Below, piece by piece: positions 46,847 to 56,788 of a stretch of DNA of 64,000 nucleotides (its first letter is position 1; every line of letters starts with the position of its first letter). Source of the stretch: a virus (taxonomy: Duplodnaviria > Caudoviricetes); IMG/VR virus record IMGVR_UViG_3300045938_000114, positions 1 to 64,000 of that record; one strand, given 5' to 3'. The notes below the pieces were generated by a model, which saw only the letters and a program-made list of their open reading frames with translations, was not told where the DNA came from and did not search any database. The position numbers and the translations under genes were made by a program.

Positions 46847-47130
46847 AACAAAACCCCTTCTTCTACTTCGCGCAAGAGTTCAGCTACGGCAGCCTCAGCC
46901 TCGGCTTCTAAGTCATCACCCAGCGGAGCGAAGTATTCCTGATTGAATGCCCAATCAGCGTCGTTCTCAGAGGGGAATTCAAGAAACGTCACCAGCCACA
47001 TACCTTCATCTTTTACAGAGGCTTTAACGTGGTAGATTTCTCCTTTCTTGGGAACGGGACCGGGCAGCGGGTGCCAGTCGTCTTTGATGCAAACGACCGC
47101 CTGGCCGTCGTGGAATAGTGGGCCGTCCAT
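46843..47130 (-). CDS. Small SH3-like hypothetical protein
   Basis: F..GQ.VVCI.D, G.IY.V, F.PL. Confidence 0.6.
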   Translation of the reverse strand: MDGPLFHDGQAVVCIKDDWHPLPGPVPKKGEIYHVKASVKDEGMWLVTFLEFPSENDADWAFNQEYFAPLGDDLEAEAEAAVAELLREVEEGVLL

Positions 47131-47133
47131 AGC

Positions 47134-47406
47134 TTAGTTCAAAATGACTTCGCCTTGGTGCAGCTTGACCGAGGCATTAAGGATTTCAGCCGCCCGCCGC
47201 TGCGTGATGCGAAACTGCCGGTTGAGGGCGTTCATCTTCTTCTTAGCCTCCGGCAGCGTATTAGCATCTGGGTGAAGCTTTTGGGGCATAGGTGCCACCA
47301 TCGGCTTGCGGGCATCGACCATGCACACCGGGTAGGTTGGTGGGCGCTTGCCGTGCCTGTTCTGAACTAGGGCGCCACAGTAGAAGGCGCGGTGCTCGTT
47401 AATCAT
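47134..47406 (-). CDS. Hypothetical protein
   Basis: 90 aa. Confidence 0.55.
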   Translation of the reverse strand: MINEHRAFYCGALVQNRHGKRPPTYPVCMVDARKPMVAPMPQKLHPDANTLPEAKKKMNALNRQFRITQRRAAEILNASVKLHQGEVILN

Positions 47407-47413
47407 GAGGCGG

Positions 47414-47650
47414 CTAAATTTTGGGTTGGGGTATATTCTTGCTTTTGAAAAGCTTGCGAATGATGCGGTTAAGGCGCGCTACCTCGGCGCGTAAATCCTT
47501 GATTTCCTGCCGGGCTTCGGCGCTGGCCATCCGCGGCGATGTAGGCGGAGTGCAGCAGCAGTTGCGGGCATCCGGCTGGTGTAGCGAACCGTAGCAGTAA
47601 GGCATGAACATGCGCGTACCGTCTTCGAGCGTGGTGAAGTGGCACCTCAT
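47414..47650 (-). CDS. Small Cys-rich coiled-coil protein
   Basis: C..., P.C.G, C.C, then coiled coil. Confidence 0.6.
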   Translation of the reverse strand: MRCHFTTLEDGTRMFMPYCYGSLHQPDARNCCCTPPTSPRMASAEARQEIKDLRAEVARLNRIIRKLFKSKNIPQPKI

Positions 47651-48063
47651 CCCGGGTAGTAGATGAAGTTGGTAGGCACGAGCTGGGGTGCGGTGTTGTC
47701 GACGAGGATGCGCCGACAGGGCCGGCGTAGCTGGGCAGCATTTACCGCGTCAATCCTTCGCATCGTGGCCACGAACTCGCCAATTTTCGCGGGCGGCATG
47801 TTGGCAAAGTGTCGGGCCTGGGCCTCATCGTAGCTGAGGCCCAGGAAGTGCAGCAACTGTAGCATCGTGCCCAGGTCTAGCGGCCGCTCGTGGCGCAACT
47901 TGGCCCGCAGGGGTTCCAGCCTGCCCAACCTGTACCACTTCAATAACTGAGTCGCGCTCACCTCCACTTGCTCCATCTGCTGCGCCAGGGTTTCTTCAAA
48001 CGTGGCCAGCAGCGTAGGCTCGCCGTCTGATATGTAGCGTAGAATGCGTTTCCAGTTACCCAT
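47647..48063 (-). CDS. Hypothetical protein
   Basis: 138 aa, coupled. Confidence 0.6.
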   Translation of the reverse strand: MGNWKRILRYISDGEPTLLATFEETLAQQMEQVEVSATQLLKWYRLGRLEPLRAKLRHERPLDLGTMLQLLHFLGLSYDEAQARHFANMPPAKIGEFVATMRRIDAVNAAQLRRPCRRILVDNTAPQLVPTNFIYYPG

Positions 48064-48440
48064 TAGTACCGCTGCGCGTGCAGTTCAAGGGTGATAAAAT
48101 CAACGATTCGCTTTAGCGCCTCGTCGGTCAGCTCGCCCCCGATGCGCAGCACGTGCAGGCCGGGGCTCAACTGGTTTTTCTTGGAGTGGTAGCGGATGGG
48201 GCGGGCCGTGAGCACTACCACCTCAACGGCCTCCGTTGCTTCGGGCGGCGGCGGGGGCTCGGGGGGCGGGGCCGGCGCGGGCGCCACCTCAACTACCGGC
48301 TCCGGGGCCGGAAGCTGGTTGAGGTAGACGTTTAAGCTGGTGGCGCCCGTCTGGCTGGGCGCGGGTTTAGACGACGGCTTTTTGCCGACCTCCCGGCCCT
48401 CTATCTTAGCATCCCAGCCCTTACGGTCACCGAACCCCAT
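48063..48440 (-). CDS. Hypothetical Pro-rich protein
   Basis: 125 aa. Confidence 0.6.
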   Translation of the reverse strand: MGFGDRKGWDAKIEGREVGKKPSSKPAPSQTGATSLNVYLNQLPAPEPVVEVAPAPAPPPEPPPPPEATEAVEVVVLTARPIRYHSKKNQLSPGLHVLRIGGELTDEALKRIVDFITLELHAQRY

Positions 48441-49110
48441 TTTGTAGCAGGCCCAGCACGCCGCCCACGGCTACCCGCTGGGCGCGTATCATCGTTTTGA
48501 TTTCCTGGTCACCGTGCTCGGCCCATTTCTCGCCGTGCTGTAATACCAGCTTGGTGAGCCAGTGCAGCACGAAGGCCTGCTCACGCTCTGCCTTGTGCGG
48601 AATATCGTGGCCAGCCCGGCGAAAGATGGGCGCGAATTGGCCGCACTTGTAGTTCGGCCAGCCTAGCACTACAGCTAAGTGCGGCGTGAGGGTTTCGGGG
48701 TAAGCCGCCTGTTTGAGAGCCGCCACCTCAGCAACTAGCTCCTGCACGCGCTTTTCGTTCCTGTCATGCTGGCCGTAGAGTTGGCCAGTCAGGTGGTTGA
48801 ATGCTTCAATTAGGCAAAATATCTGGTCACAAGCAGAGGTTGAATTGCGGGCTGCCCGACGCCAGTACAAAGTTGAATCGCTAAGCAGCTCCAATTCGCG
48901 TTCAGGTACTGGCGTAGTGGCTGCTTGGAATAACTCGCGCAGGCCTTGCAACTCGGCTACGAGCCGCTTCATGTTGCCCTCGGCCAAGGTGAGCAGTTCC
49001 TCCTTGGCTATTTCCTTATCGCTGAAACTACCATGGGTGTAGGTCGTTTCAATGCCCTGCAACTGCTCGGCGAATTGTTCGAGTTGGTAATCGGTGAATG
49101 ACTTAGCCAT
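48427..49110 (-). CDS. Hypothetical protein
   Basis: 227 aa. Confidence 0.65.
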   Translation of the reverse strand: MAKSFTDYQLEQFAEQLQGIETTYTHGSFSDKEIAKEELLTLAEGNMKRLVAELQGLRELFQAATTPVPERELELLSDSTLYWRRAARNSTSACDQIFCLIEAFNHLTGQLYGQHDRNEKRVQELVAEVAALKQAAYPETLTPHLAVVLGWPNYKCGQFAPIFRRAGHDIPHKAEREQAFVLHWLTKLVLQHGEKWAEHGDQEIKTMIRAQRVAVGGVLGLLQNGVR

Positions 49111-49114
49111 AAGA

Positions 49115-50287
49115 TTATTGGGTAATGCGGGCCGTGGGCCACTGGTCGTAAGTCTTGCCTTCCAGCAGCCGCCCGGCCGCCTCCTTGCCCACGTTGCGCA
49201 TGCGGGCTACGGTAGCCTCGCAGCCATCCCCAAACTCGAAATACACACGGTCGTCGGGCACCTGTCCATAGCTTACTATTTTGCCATCCGGCCCCAGGAA
49301 AATATCGCCTTTGCGGGGAGAGCCACCGGTGCCGGCTTCCGAGAATTGTTCCGTCCAGTTGCCCCACTGTTTGAACAGGAAGGGTACGCCCGCCTCCTCG
49401 CACTGTAGTTGAATATCGCGCGCCCAGTCGGGGTGCATGGGCCGGGCGTGGTGGCCAGACTCGCCGCCGACGATAACCCAATCAATGCCAACCTGGCTAT
49501 CCTCGTAGCCCTCACCTGGGCCACTGGAAGTATTGGGGGTAGTACCATCCCGCTTTACTACGCCGGGGCCGGTCAGCGTCCGCTCATCGTGGTCGACGCG
49601 CCACAGGTTCACTGGCCCTAGCAACGGCTCACAACTGAGGAAACGAACGGCGGCTGGCGCGGCCAGCAACTGAGGGACGCGAATGTCCGCCTGTTCCTGA
49701 TTCTCGACGGAGGTGCCTAGCCAGACGTTGGTAGGCGGGGTGCCTGCTATCCACTTTTCCAGCCAGTGAGCAAACAAGCCCCTCCGCTCAATCATGGAAT
49801 AGGCCGCCATAAGCGCTGGCAGAATGTTCTCCGGCCGCTTGGTAAGCAAAAGCCAGTCAAGGTTTGGCGTTTCGTAGATGAGTTTTAGCAGGCGGTAGCG
49901 CTCGGCCGCGATGGCGACGAAACGCACCGTGCGCGTTTTGCCCTCGCCTACTGGTACCGTGCCGGTGGTACCGGCGTAGCTGAGGCTCTTGGCGCTCTGC
50001 ACCTCAAACACGTCGGCCATGCTGCTGCAGAACACGCGACGGCGTTCCCCCTGGGCAGCGGCGGCGGCGTTCCACTTCCGCGGCTTCGCCCAGTTGGCCT
50101 CGCTCCGGGCCAAGCGGGGGGCGTTGATGCCCCAGCAGGTGCCGGGGTTGTCGCCCTCATTAAGCGCCGAGTGCCATAGCCGGTGCTGCGCCTCAGCGTA
50201 GCAGTTTTTGCAGCCAGGCGATATTTTGGCACAACCTTCCCACGAATTGAAGGTGTGGTCGCACCATTCGATTTTGCTATTTTCCAT
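49115..50287 (-). CDS. DUF5131 / phage Gp37-Gp68 radical-SAM-like protein
   Basis: IEW.D.TFN.W.GC.KISPGCKNCYAE, SMAD.F, LLTKRP, NVWLG.SVE, SCEPLL, WVIVGGESG, FKQWG. Confidence 0.93.
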   Translation of the reverse strand: MENSKIEWCDHTFNSWEGCAKISPGCKNCYAEAQHRLWHSALNEGDNPGTCWGINAPRLARSEANWAKPRKWNAAAAAQGERRRVFCSSMADVFEVQSAKSLSYAGTTGTVPVGEGKTRTVRFVAIAAERYRLLKLIYETPNLDWLLLTKRPENILPALMAAYSMIERRGLFAHWLEKWIAGTPPTNVWLGTSVENQEQADIRVPQLLAAPAAVRFLSCEPLLGPVNLWRVDHDERTLTGPGVVKRDGTTPNTSSGPGEGYEDSQVGIDWVIVGGESGHHARPMHPDWARDIQLQCEEAGVPFLFKQWGNWTEQFSEAGTGGSPRKGDIFLGPDGKIVSYGQVPDDRVYFEFGDGCEATVARMRNVGKEAAGRLLEGKTYDQWPTARITQ

Positions 50288-50774
50288 CTTGAATAGTGGT
50301 AATGTCGATGTATTGTTCAGGCTCTAAGCCCACGGCGAAGCCCTTGTCCCGCAGGTAGTTTATTATCTCCATGTTGAGGTGGCCGGCGCCAAAGGCCCAG
50401 GTGCTAATGAAGAAGCGCCTCACGCCGGGGTAATCTTCCAGCGCCATCGCGTAGCCTACTGCGGGCGCGTCGTAGTGCAGGTGAGGCACCATATCCGGCC
50501 ATTCGTGGCCTTGTAGCCGGGCCACGGCGATAACGGGTATCTCACCAGCGGGCAACGCCTCCACCAGCGCGTTGAAGCCGCGCAGTAGGGGTATCAGCTC
50601 GGCGGGCGTTGCCCAGCCCCGCTCCCAGGTGCCGAAGGCGTCCAGGTACTCAATGTGCGCGCAGGCCTCTTCCCGAAAGTCGAAACCTACCAACTCGCAA
50701 CGGCGGCCGTCAGCAAGTTGGTAGGGTGCACGAGCGTAGGCCAGCAGCGTGGCCAGGGTCGTAGGGAAGGCCAC
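50277..50774 (-). CDS. Hypothetical protein
   Basis: Probable GTG start at 50774, just after the upstream stop. Confidence 0.55.
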   Translation of the reverse strand: MAFPTTLATLLAYARAPYQLADGRRCELVGFDFREEACAHIEYLDAFGTWERGWATPAELIPLLRGFNALVEALPAGEIPVIAVARLQGHEWPDMVPHLHYDAPAVGYAMALEDYPGVRRFFISTWAFGAGHLNMEIINYLRDKGFAVGLEPEQYIDITTIQDGK

Positions 50775-50775
50775 G

Positions 50776-51327
50776 CTATTCGACTCGGCGAAGCGTGATG
50801 TGCCAGAAGTACTCGTTACTGGGAATCTCCCCCTCTCTGTCGGGGTACTGTAAGGCAATTTCCCAGCTGACTATCTCGTAAACCAGTCGGCACGCCTGCC
50901 TGGGCATTTCCGTAGCCGGGAGCCAGGGGAAAGGACGGTCGTAGTGGTCGTAGAAAGTGCCATTTTTCTCGTAGCACCACAAGCCATGATTGCTATCGCG
51001 GTTTACGTCCGTGGACCGGTACAGGTAGCCGCAGTGCGAAACGTGCCCGGAGAAGCCGCGCTGAAACTCCTCCTGAATCCAAAGGTGGTCGCCAACTTCA
51101 CCGTGCGGGAACGGGTACTCTTTTGCGATTTCCTCAATCGTCCAGCCAGCAATAGGGGCGGGATTAGGCGAGCTGCCGAATACCTTCTTTGAGCGCGGGT
51201 TTGCACTGGGGCGCCAGCTTTCGACTTTCGCCAACAGCACCTCGTTTCTAGTGCGCAATAGGTCGGCTACTACGTGGCTCGGCAGGGCCAACGGCCGTTC
51301 CTGAACGGCTAATGCGGTATCATTCAT
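50776..51327 (-). CDS. ASCH/PUA-like phage protein
   Basis: P.G.VGD.LWI.E, W.P...MPR.A.RL..EI. Confidence 0.7.
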   Translation of the reverse strand: MNDTALAVQERPLALPSHVVADLLRTRNEVLLAKVESWRPSANPRSKKVFGSSPNPAPIAGWTIEEIAKEYPFPHGEVGDHLWIQEEFQRGFSGHVSHCGYLYRSTDVNRDSNHGLWCYEKNGTFYDHYDRPFPWLPATEMPRQACRLVYEIVSWEIALQYPDREGEIPSNEYFWHITLRRVE

Positions 51328-51356
51328 GGGGTGTGGGTGCCCGAAGGCTTATTGGG

Positions 51357-51394
51357 TGATGCAAGTTATGTAAGTCTTGTAAGTATTGCAAGTA
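51357..51394. repeat. 4-unit 9-bp iteron array
   Basis: TGATGCAAG TTATGTAAG TCTTGTAAG TATTGCAAG. Confidence 0.8.
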
Positions 51395-51414
51395 AATTTT
51401 TATACGAAACAAAA

Positions 51415-51702
51415 TTACTCACTCACTGCCGGGGGCTGGGGCACCAAAATAGCCTCGCGCAACTCAGGTAGTCGCGCGGCGAAATCTTCCAGCAACTGGT
51501 GCAGCTGAGTGGCATCATCAAACGCCCATCGCTTAGTTTTCAATACCGGATAGGCTACTTGGTGCGGTGGCAAGCCGGTATCCTCAATACTGAGTTTGAT
51601 ACGCTGCGTAGGCATGCCGTCCAACTGCATTTCGTCGGCGGGCTGCTCGTAGGTAATGCTGGCGGCGACTACGCGCACATCACGCGGTAAGGACTGGCTC
51701 AT
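51415..51702 (-). CDS. Hypothetical protein
   Basis: TY.Q..D, LKT.RWAFD. Confidence 0.65.
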   Translation of the reverse strand: MSQSLPRDVRVVAASITYEQPADEMQLDGMPTQRIKLSIEDTGLPPHQVAYPVLKTKRWAFDDATQLHQLLEDFAARLPELREAILVPQPPAVSE

Positions 51703-52873
51703 TCTTCGGGCGCCGATGTGGCTTAGGTGGGTATTGATACAGCAGGTAATCGAGGTACTTGGTAGACTTCAGCCAGGCGGGCCGCAGCTTGGCGATAACC
51801 GCCGGCTTGAGCTTGAACTGCCGAGCCAGCGCCGTGGCGGAGTAGTGCCCCTCGGGGTAGTCGGCCGTGGGGTAGATGGGCACGTAGTCTATGCCCTTCC
51901 GCAGCTTGCCTAAATCGTACAGGTCGTGGGCATCCAGCCACTGGCCGGGGTTTTGCTCATTATACCCGTAGACGTACAGGGCAGCCGGCTGGGCGGTCTT
52001 CTTTTTGGGCAGCAGGTGTACCTCCCGCGCCAGCACCAGGTGCTTCGGGCGGCGGCTGTTCACGGCATCGTAGCGCGGCAGGCCTAGCCGGTGCTCGCCG
52101 TAGCGCTCCCATACCCGGACAGCGTAGCCGGTGAGGTGCTGGCAGAACACGTCCGCGGATGCCTCGGCCCGCAGGTAGGCGGGGCACACGAATGAGACGC
52201 CCAGTAGCGGCTCTAACCGGTGGCGGTTGGTCAAGTCCAGCATCAGGTCGTGCTCCCGGTCCTTTTCAGCTTGGCGCATTTCACACCGGGCGAGGTAGTA
52301 TTCTACCTCACGGCTCAGATACGCCTCCTCTTTTGCGGCATCAATCCGCGCCCGCTCCTCGGGGTCCGTGCACCAGGCCCACACGTCGCGGGTCGCAAAG
52401 CAGTCCGGCAACGAGCCGTGTGCCTTACCCTGCCACTGGTGGCCGACGTGGGCCGCTGCTGACACGAGGCTATGCCAGTGCCAGTTACCGTGATAGTTAT
52501 CCCACCAAGCCACTTGCTCATCCTGAGCATATTTGAGCATCGCGCAATGCACCTCGGCGGGCGGGCCCAGCGCGAATGCCTCGCGCAGAATCGTGGTATC
52601 GTACACGGCAGAGTAAATCACGACGACGCGCCCGCGCAGGATGTCGGCTATGACGGGGTTCAGCTCCTCCAACGTGGGCAGGTCTGGCCGCAGCACCTGG
52701 GCGGGCGTGATGCCGTGAATCTTCTGGGCCGCTGGCCACACAGTATGGCGCACCGGGCGCACCAGCGTATCGAGCAGCACGACCCCGGTGTTGTCGATGA
52801 TGGACACGCTCAGCACCTCTGCCGTTTCGGGGTACTTATCTGTAGCCTCGGTATCTAGGACGAGGTAGCTCAT
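51680..52873 (-). CDS. DEDDh 3'-5' exonuclease with C-terminal extension
   Basis: LDTEAT, IHGIT, YD..IL, AHGSL.DC. Confidence 0.9.
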   Translation of the reverse strand: MSYLVLDTEATDKYPETAEVLSVSIIDNTGVVLLDTLVRPVRHTVWPAAQKIHGITPAQVLRPDLPTLEELNPVIADILRGRVVVIYSAVYDTTILREAFALGPPAEVHCAMLKYAQDEQVAWWDNYHGNWHWHSLVSAAAHVGHQWQGKAHGSLPDCFATRDVWAWCTDPEERARIDAAKEEAYLSREVEYYLARCEMRQAEKDREHDLMLDLTNRHRLEPLLGVSFVCPAYLRAEASADVFCQHLTGYAVRVWERYGEHRLGLPRYDAVNSRRPKHLVLAREVHLLPKKKTAQPAALYVYGYNEQNPGQWLDAHDLYDLGKLRKGIDYVPIYPTADYPEGHYSATALARQFKLKPAVIAKLRPAWLKSTKYLDYLLYQYPPKPHRRPKNEPVLTA

Positions 52874-53401
52874 TTAGCACTTGGTTTTGATTGCTTTAGT
52901 TCAGCGCGTTCCTGTTTGGCACGCTTTGTCTCTGCTTTGCGCCACTCACCTTCCATACCAGCGTGCAGTATGCCAGCTATATACTCCTGTTCGCTAGGGT
53001 TTTTACACCCCGTCAGCACTTTGCGAATCGCCTTCATGGCCCCCTTCCATACTGGCCGGAGTGCCAGCATTTCTTCTTCAGTTAATCTTGGCATTTCAGG
53101 AAAACAGTTATGAGTAAGGTGGGCAAGGGACAGATGTACACGCGGCGCTTGGGCCGGTCGATGAAGACGCCGACCCACAGGTCGTACCACGCGAAGGAGA
53201 AGGTGATTCTCATGATGGTTGATTGCGATTAACCTGATAGCCAAGCTCATTCAAACACTTGACCAGATGCTGTACCTCTGTTTTAGCTTGGTGCAATTCG
53301 TCATGAGTGAAGGGACCGCGATTATCCTCAGCGTTCATTTTTTCCAGTGCATTCAACACGGCGTTTGACTGCTCGTCCGGTAGATGGTTGTACAGTTTCA
53401 T
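52870..53401 (-). CDS. Two small hypothetical ORFs (52870-53250, start uncertain; 53210-53401)
   Basis: ORF track; lower GC patch. Confidence 0.45.
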
Positions 53402-53405
53402 AGGG

Positions 53406-53684
53406 TTAGAATAAACTTAGGGGTGGGCGGGGCTTGTCTTTTGGAGGTTTTGCGGGTGGGGCGGGCTGGTATTCTGCTCGCTTGAAACTGAAGTCGAGCA
53501 GTCGCTTCATCTGGTCATCCGCTATTTCGTAGGGGTCGCAGAACTTGTCTTGCGCAGGCTCCGGGCCGTGGGTGGTGCGCCGGCTGAGGTGCAGCTTACC
53601 TTGGCTATGCGTGACGTGATATAGAACCTCGTCGTGGATTCCGTAATAGTAGCCGAGGTGCGGCTTAGCTTCCTTTTCAGTCAT
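53406..53684 (-). CDS. Hypothetical protein ending LSLF
   Basis: 92 aa. Confidence 0.6.
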   Translation of the reverse strand: MTEKEAKPHLGYYYGIHDEVLYHVTHSQGKLHLSRRTTHGPEPAQDKFCDPYEIADDQMKRLLDFSFKRAEYQPAPPAKPPKDKPRPPLSLF

Positions 53685-53738
53685 ATTTTACAGATTATAC
53701 TACTGCAATACAACATATTACAGCGGCCAACCGTGCCC

Positions 53739-54545
53739 TTAGTTAAGTACTTTGAGCTGATAGGCCGCCTCTATTGTCAGGCCCGTAATCTCCGGCAGCG
53801 TCTTGCGGCTCATGTGCAGGGTGTAGCCCGTTTCCTGTTCCAGCGCGACATACTCGGCGTACAATTCCGGATTGTGCAGCGCCCCGTTGCGCAGGTCGTT
53901 GGCGCTGGCCATGATGCAGAAGACGCAACTGAGGCGGTCGTTACCCAGGGCGTAGGCGTAGTGGGGCTTCTCGCCGGCCGCCGCGATGATGCCGAACACC
54001 TCGGCGGTGCTGAGGTGGTGAATCGGCAGCCACTCGTACCAGGTACGGCCGGCCACCGAGCCTTTCTCATTTTTCCGCCATACCTGCATCTTAGCGCGGT
54101 TAGGACTCTCCTGGGCGCGCAGGCCCATGCAGGTTACTATCGTAGTGAAGCCGTGGGCTCGGGCGTACCGGCGCACCTCGCGCTCGATGGGGCCGCGCTT
54201 CAAGTCCGAGGTACACTGGCGGTTGCCGGCCTGCGGGAAGCTGGGGGCCGTGGGGTAGTTGGCGTGCCGGTGGCGCACGAGTTGCAGAAACGTCTTGGTA
54301 GCCGGGGCCAGTACGAACTTCACGCCGTAGCTAGCCGCTTGGTCGCGGGCCAACTCCAACGCGCCCGGCCACTCGGCCTCACCCAGCGGCGCGTGAATAC
54401 ACACGAGCTGCCGGGCGGGTACTAAGGCACGCAACCGGATAAGCATAGCCTGGCTGTCTTTACCGCCGCTGTGGTTCACCACGAACAACGCGCCGGCTGC
54501 TACCAGCGCCGCCGTATCAGGCGTATTTACAATTAGGTCGCTCAT
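53739..54545 (-). CDS. PAPS-reductase/PP-loop family protein, paralogue 1
   Basis: SGGKDS, R.CTSDLKRGP, G.RA.ES..RA, LPI, RLSC.FC. Confidence 0.92.
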   Translation of the reverse strand: MSDLIVNTPDTAALVAAGALFVVNHSGGKDSQAMLIRLRALVPARQLVCIHAPLGEAEWPGALELARDQAASYGVKFVLAPATKTFLQLVRHRHANYPTAPSFPQAGNRQCTSDLKRGPIEREVRRYARAHGFTTIVTCMGLRAQESPNRAKMQVWRKNEKGSVAGRTWYEWLPIHHLSTAEVFGIIAAAGEKPHYAYALGNDRLSCVFCIMASANDLRNGALHNPELYAEYVALEQETGYTLHMSRKTLPEITGLTIEAAYQLKVLN

Positions 54546-55642
54546 AGCAATTTAAATTGGGTGCCTGCTTTCGGCGCGGGCGCGGCGGCCAGTATCTGCT
54601 CTTTCAGCTCAGCCGCCCGGCCCACCACCGGCAACTCGGCCAGACTCCACCCATGCTTGAAGGTGGCCCCGCCGATAATTTCCAGTTCCAGGTAGTGGCC
54701 GTAGAGGTCGGGGTTATGGTTGGCCCCGTTGAGCAGGTCGCTCTTGGAGCCGAGGACGCACAGCGCGCAGCTGAGGCGCTCGTTGCCGTACACGTAGGCC
54801 GGGTGGAACTGCCAGCCCTCCAAGGCTTGGTCAACCAGCCCCGCTTTGTAGAGGCGGCGGCGGTATTCCAACTCGGCGCGGGTATGGCCCAGCGCCTGCC
54901 ATATATCATCCTCCGTAAAACGCAGCAGGGGCCGCCAGTTGAAGGCCAGCCGCGTACCCATCCCCCCGTTAAAGTTGCTGTAAGCGCCCTCCGGGGTAAG
55001 TGACTCCCGCAGTAGCGCGGCCGAAGTAATAGCGGTGCGCAGTTCAAGCGCGGGCTTGCCGGCCCTGGCGGCGCTCTCCCCGGCCCGCACGCCCTCGGCG
55101 CTAATCACTACGCCGGTGTACTCGCGCAGGGCCGTGTCGAGCGGCCCACGCTTTAGGTCGCTGGTGCAGTAGCGCGTGCTGGCCGAGGGCCAGTACTGCT
55201 CCGGGTTGCGCAGCGCGGTATCAATCGGCCCGCTTTTCAGGTGCGAAGTGCAGTAGCGGCTGCTGGCGCTGGGCCAGAATGGGGCGGGCGCTTCGTCCTC
55301 GGTAGCGTCAGGCTTGGGCCGGGTGGCCAGCAGCCGCTCCTCGATGCGCTGCACGAGGTCGCCTTTCGGGCGCTGCACCGTGACCAAAGGCACGTCGTAC
55401 AACTCGGCTTGGCGCCGCACCTCAAACGGCGTCTCGCCCCACTCGGCCCGGCCCAGGTCGGCGTGCAGGGCGAACAGCGGGCCGGGGTAGCCGTTGAGCC
55501 GGTGGTGCTCCACCAGCCGTTTCAACAGCACCTGACTATCCTTGCCGCCGCTGATGCTGATGGCCAGCGCCGCGCCGTTCTCCAGCGCGTCGGTTAGCGG
55601 CTCCGGGATGGCCAGCGGGGTATAGCTAATCTTCTGGTGCAT
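54542..55642 (-). CDS. PAPS-reductase/PP-loop family protein, paralogue 2, with internal 28-aa duplication
   Basis: SGGKDS, two copies of WPSAS.RYCTS.LK.GP.DTALR, G.RA.ES..RA, RLSC.LC. Confidence 0.92.
   Translation of the reverse strand: MHQKISYTPLAIPEPLTDALENGAALAISISGGKDSQVLLKRLVEHHRLNGYPGPLFALHADLGRAEWGETPFEVRRQAELYDVPLVTVQRPKGDLVQRIEERLLATRPKPDATEDEAPAPFWPSASSRYCTSHLKSGPIDTALRNPEQYWPSASTRYCTSDLKRGPLDTALREYTGVVISAEGVRAGESAARAGKPALELRTAITSAALLRESLTPEGAYSNFNGGMGTRLAFNWRPLLRFTEDDIWQALGHTRAELEYRRRLYKAGLVDQALEGWQFHPAYVYGNERLSCALCVLGSKSDLLNGANHNPDLYGHYLELEIIGGATFKHGWSLAELPVVGRAAELKEQILAAAPAPKAGTQFKLL
55124..55279. repeat. Diverged 84-bp-period tandem duplication
   Basis: Copies begin at 55124 and 55208. 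Confidence 0.85.
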
Positions 55643-55829
55643 GTTGTGGGGGGGGCCGTAGGGCGGCGCACTTGGGGCAGTGGGTAGGGCGGGCGGGCTG
55701 CTGCGTCAGCTGCTGGTGCCAGGTGATGCGGCGCAGCGGGTTGCAGAGCAGGTCGCCGTCGCGGGTGATGTAGTGCTCACCGTGAATGGTGATGCCCCAG
55801 CCCTCTTCTAAGTCGGCAGGTAGTGGCAT
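55626..55829 (-). CDS. Small Zn-finger-like protein
   Basis: H..., LC, CPKC. Confidence 0.55.
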   Translation of the reverse strand: MPLPADLEEGWGITIHGEHYITRDGDLLCNPLRRITWHQQLTQQPARPTHCPKCAALRPPPQHAPED

Positions 55830-55830
55830 T

Positions 55831-56787
55831 TCAGAAAAGCGTTAGTTGTAGGTTGGTGGCCACCGCAGGGGTGGGCATCAGCACCAGCTCAGGGGCGCGG
55901 GCCGGGCGGGGCGCGGCTACGGGCACCATTTTGGCCGTAACCTCAGGCCGGTACAGGCGGGGCGAGAAGAACATCACTTCATCGCCCGCCTGGCGGGTCT
56001 GTGCGCTGTAGTGCAGGTTGAATTCCAGCGACTCGTACTGCTGGTAGAGCGCCCGGATAGCCGGCACGTTATCGTAGGAAACTATCCAATGCCCGCGCAG
56101 GGTGCTACGCAGCTTGCCCACCATGTCGGCCACGGCCGCGTGCTCAGCGTGCCCGTAGGCGTTGGCGTAAAGCCCCTGGCCTTTTTCATAATAGGGCGGG
56201 TCCAGGTAAATCAGGTTGCAGATGTCTACCTCAGGCTCTATTGCCTCCAAAAACTTCGGCGCATCAAGGTTATACAGCCGTATTTGAAACTCCCGGTAGG
56301 CTATTTTTTGAATCCGGCGTGAAAGGTCTTCGCGGTTGAAACGGTCGTCTACCTGGCAGCTACCGTCCTGCTGCTGCCCACCGATAACGCCCCCGGTCAA
56401 GATGCCGGAGCGGTTGGTGCGGTTCAAAAAGAAACAGGCTTGGCCTAGCTCCAGCCGCGAGGCGCTGGGGTCGGCCAGTATCTGGCGCTGGCGGTGCCAC
56501 TGCTTCATCGTGACCGGCGTATCCCGCACGAAGCGCAGCAGCTCATCCGTTTGATAGAGCACGCAGTACCAGAAGGCGTACACGGCGGGGTCAGCGTCAT
56601 TGAGGTAAACCCGGCCGGCATATTGCCCGGCCAGCAGGGCCCACGCGACGCTGGCGCCCCCACAGTAGGGTTCGATGTAGTGCCCGTCGCACAGCCCGTT
56701 CATCTCAAAAACGCGGCAGATGTACTGCGCTAGCTTGCGCTTGCCACCGGGGTAGCGCAGGGGCGAGCGGTAGGGGTGTAAAGCCAT
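55831..56787 (-). CDS. D12-class N6-adenine DNA methyltransferase (Dam-like)
   Basis: SPLRYPGGK, EPYCGG, LND, NRSG, YLDPPY; ends QLTLF. Confidence 0.95.
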   Translation of the reverse strand: MALHPYRSPLRYPGGKRKLAQYICRVFEMNGLCDGHYIEPYCGGASVAWALLAGQYAGRVYLNDADPAVYAFWYCVLYQTDELLRFVRDTPVTMKQWHRQRQILADPSASRLELGQACFFLNRTNRSGILTGGVIGGQQQDGSCQVDDRFNREDLSRRIQKIAYREFQIRLYNLDAPKFLEAIEPEVDICNLIYLDPPYYEKGQGLYANAYGHAEHAAVADMVGKLRSTLRGHWIVSYDNVPAIRALYQQYESLEFNLHYSAQTRQAGDEVMFFSPRLYRPEVTAKMVPVAAPRPARAPELVLMPTPAVATNLQLTLF

Positions 56788-56788
56788 T

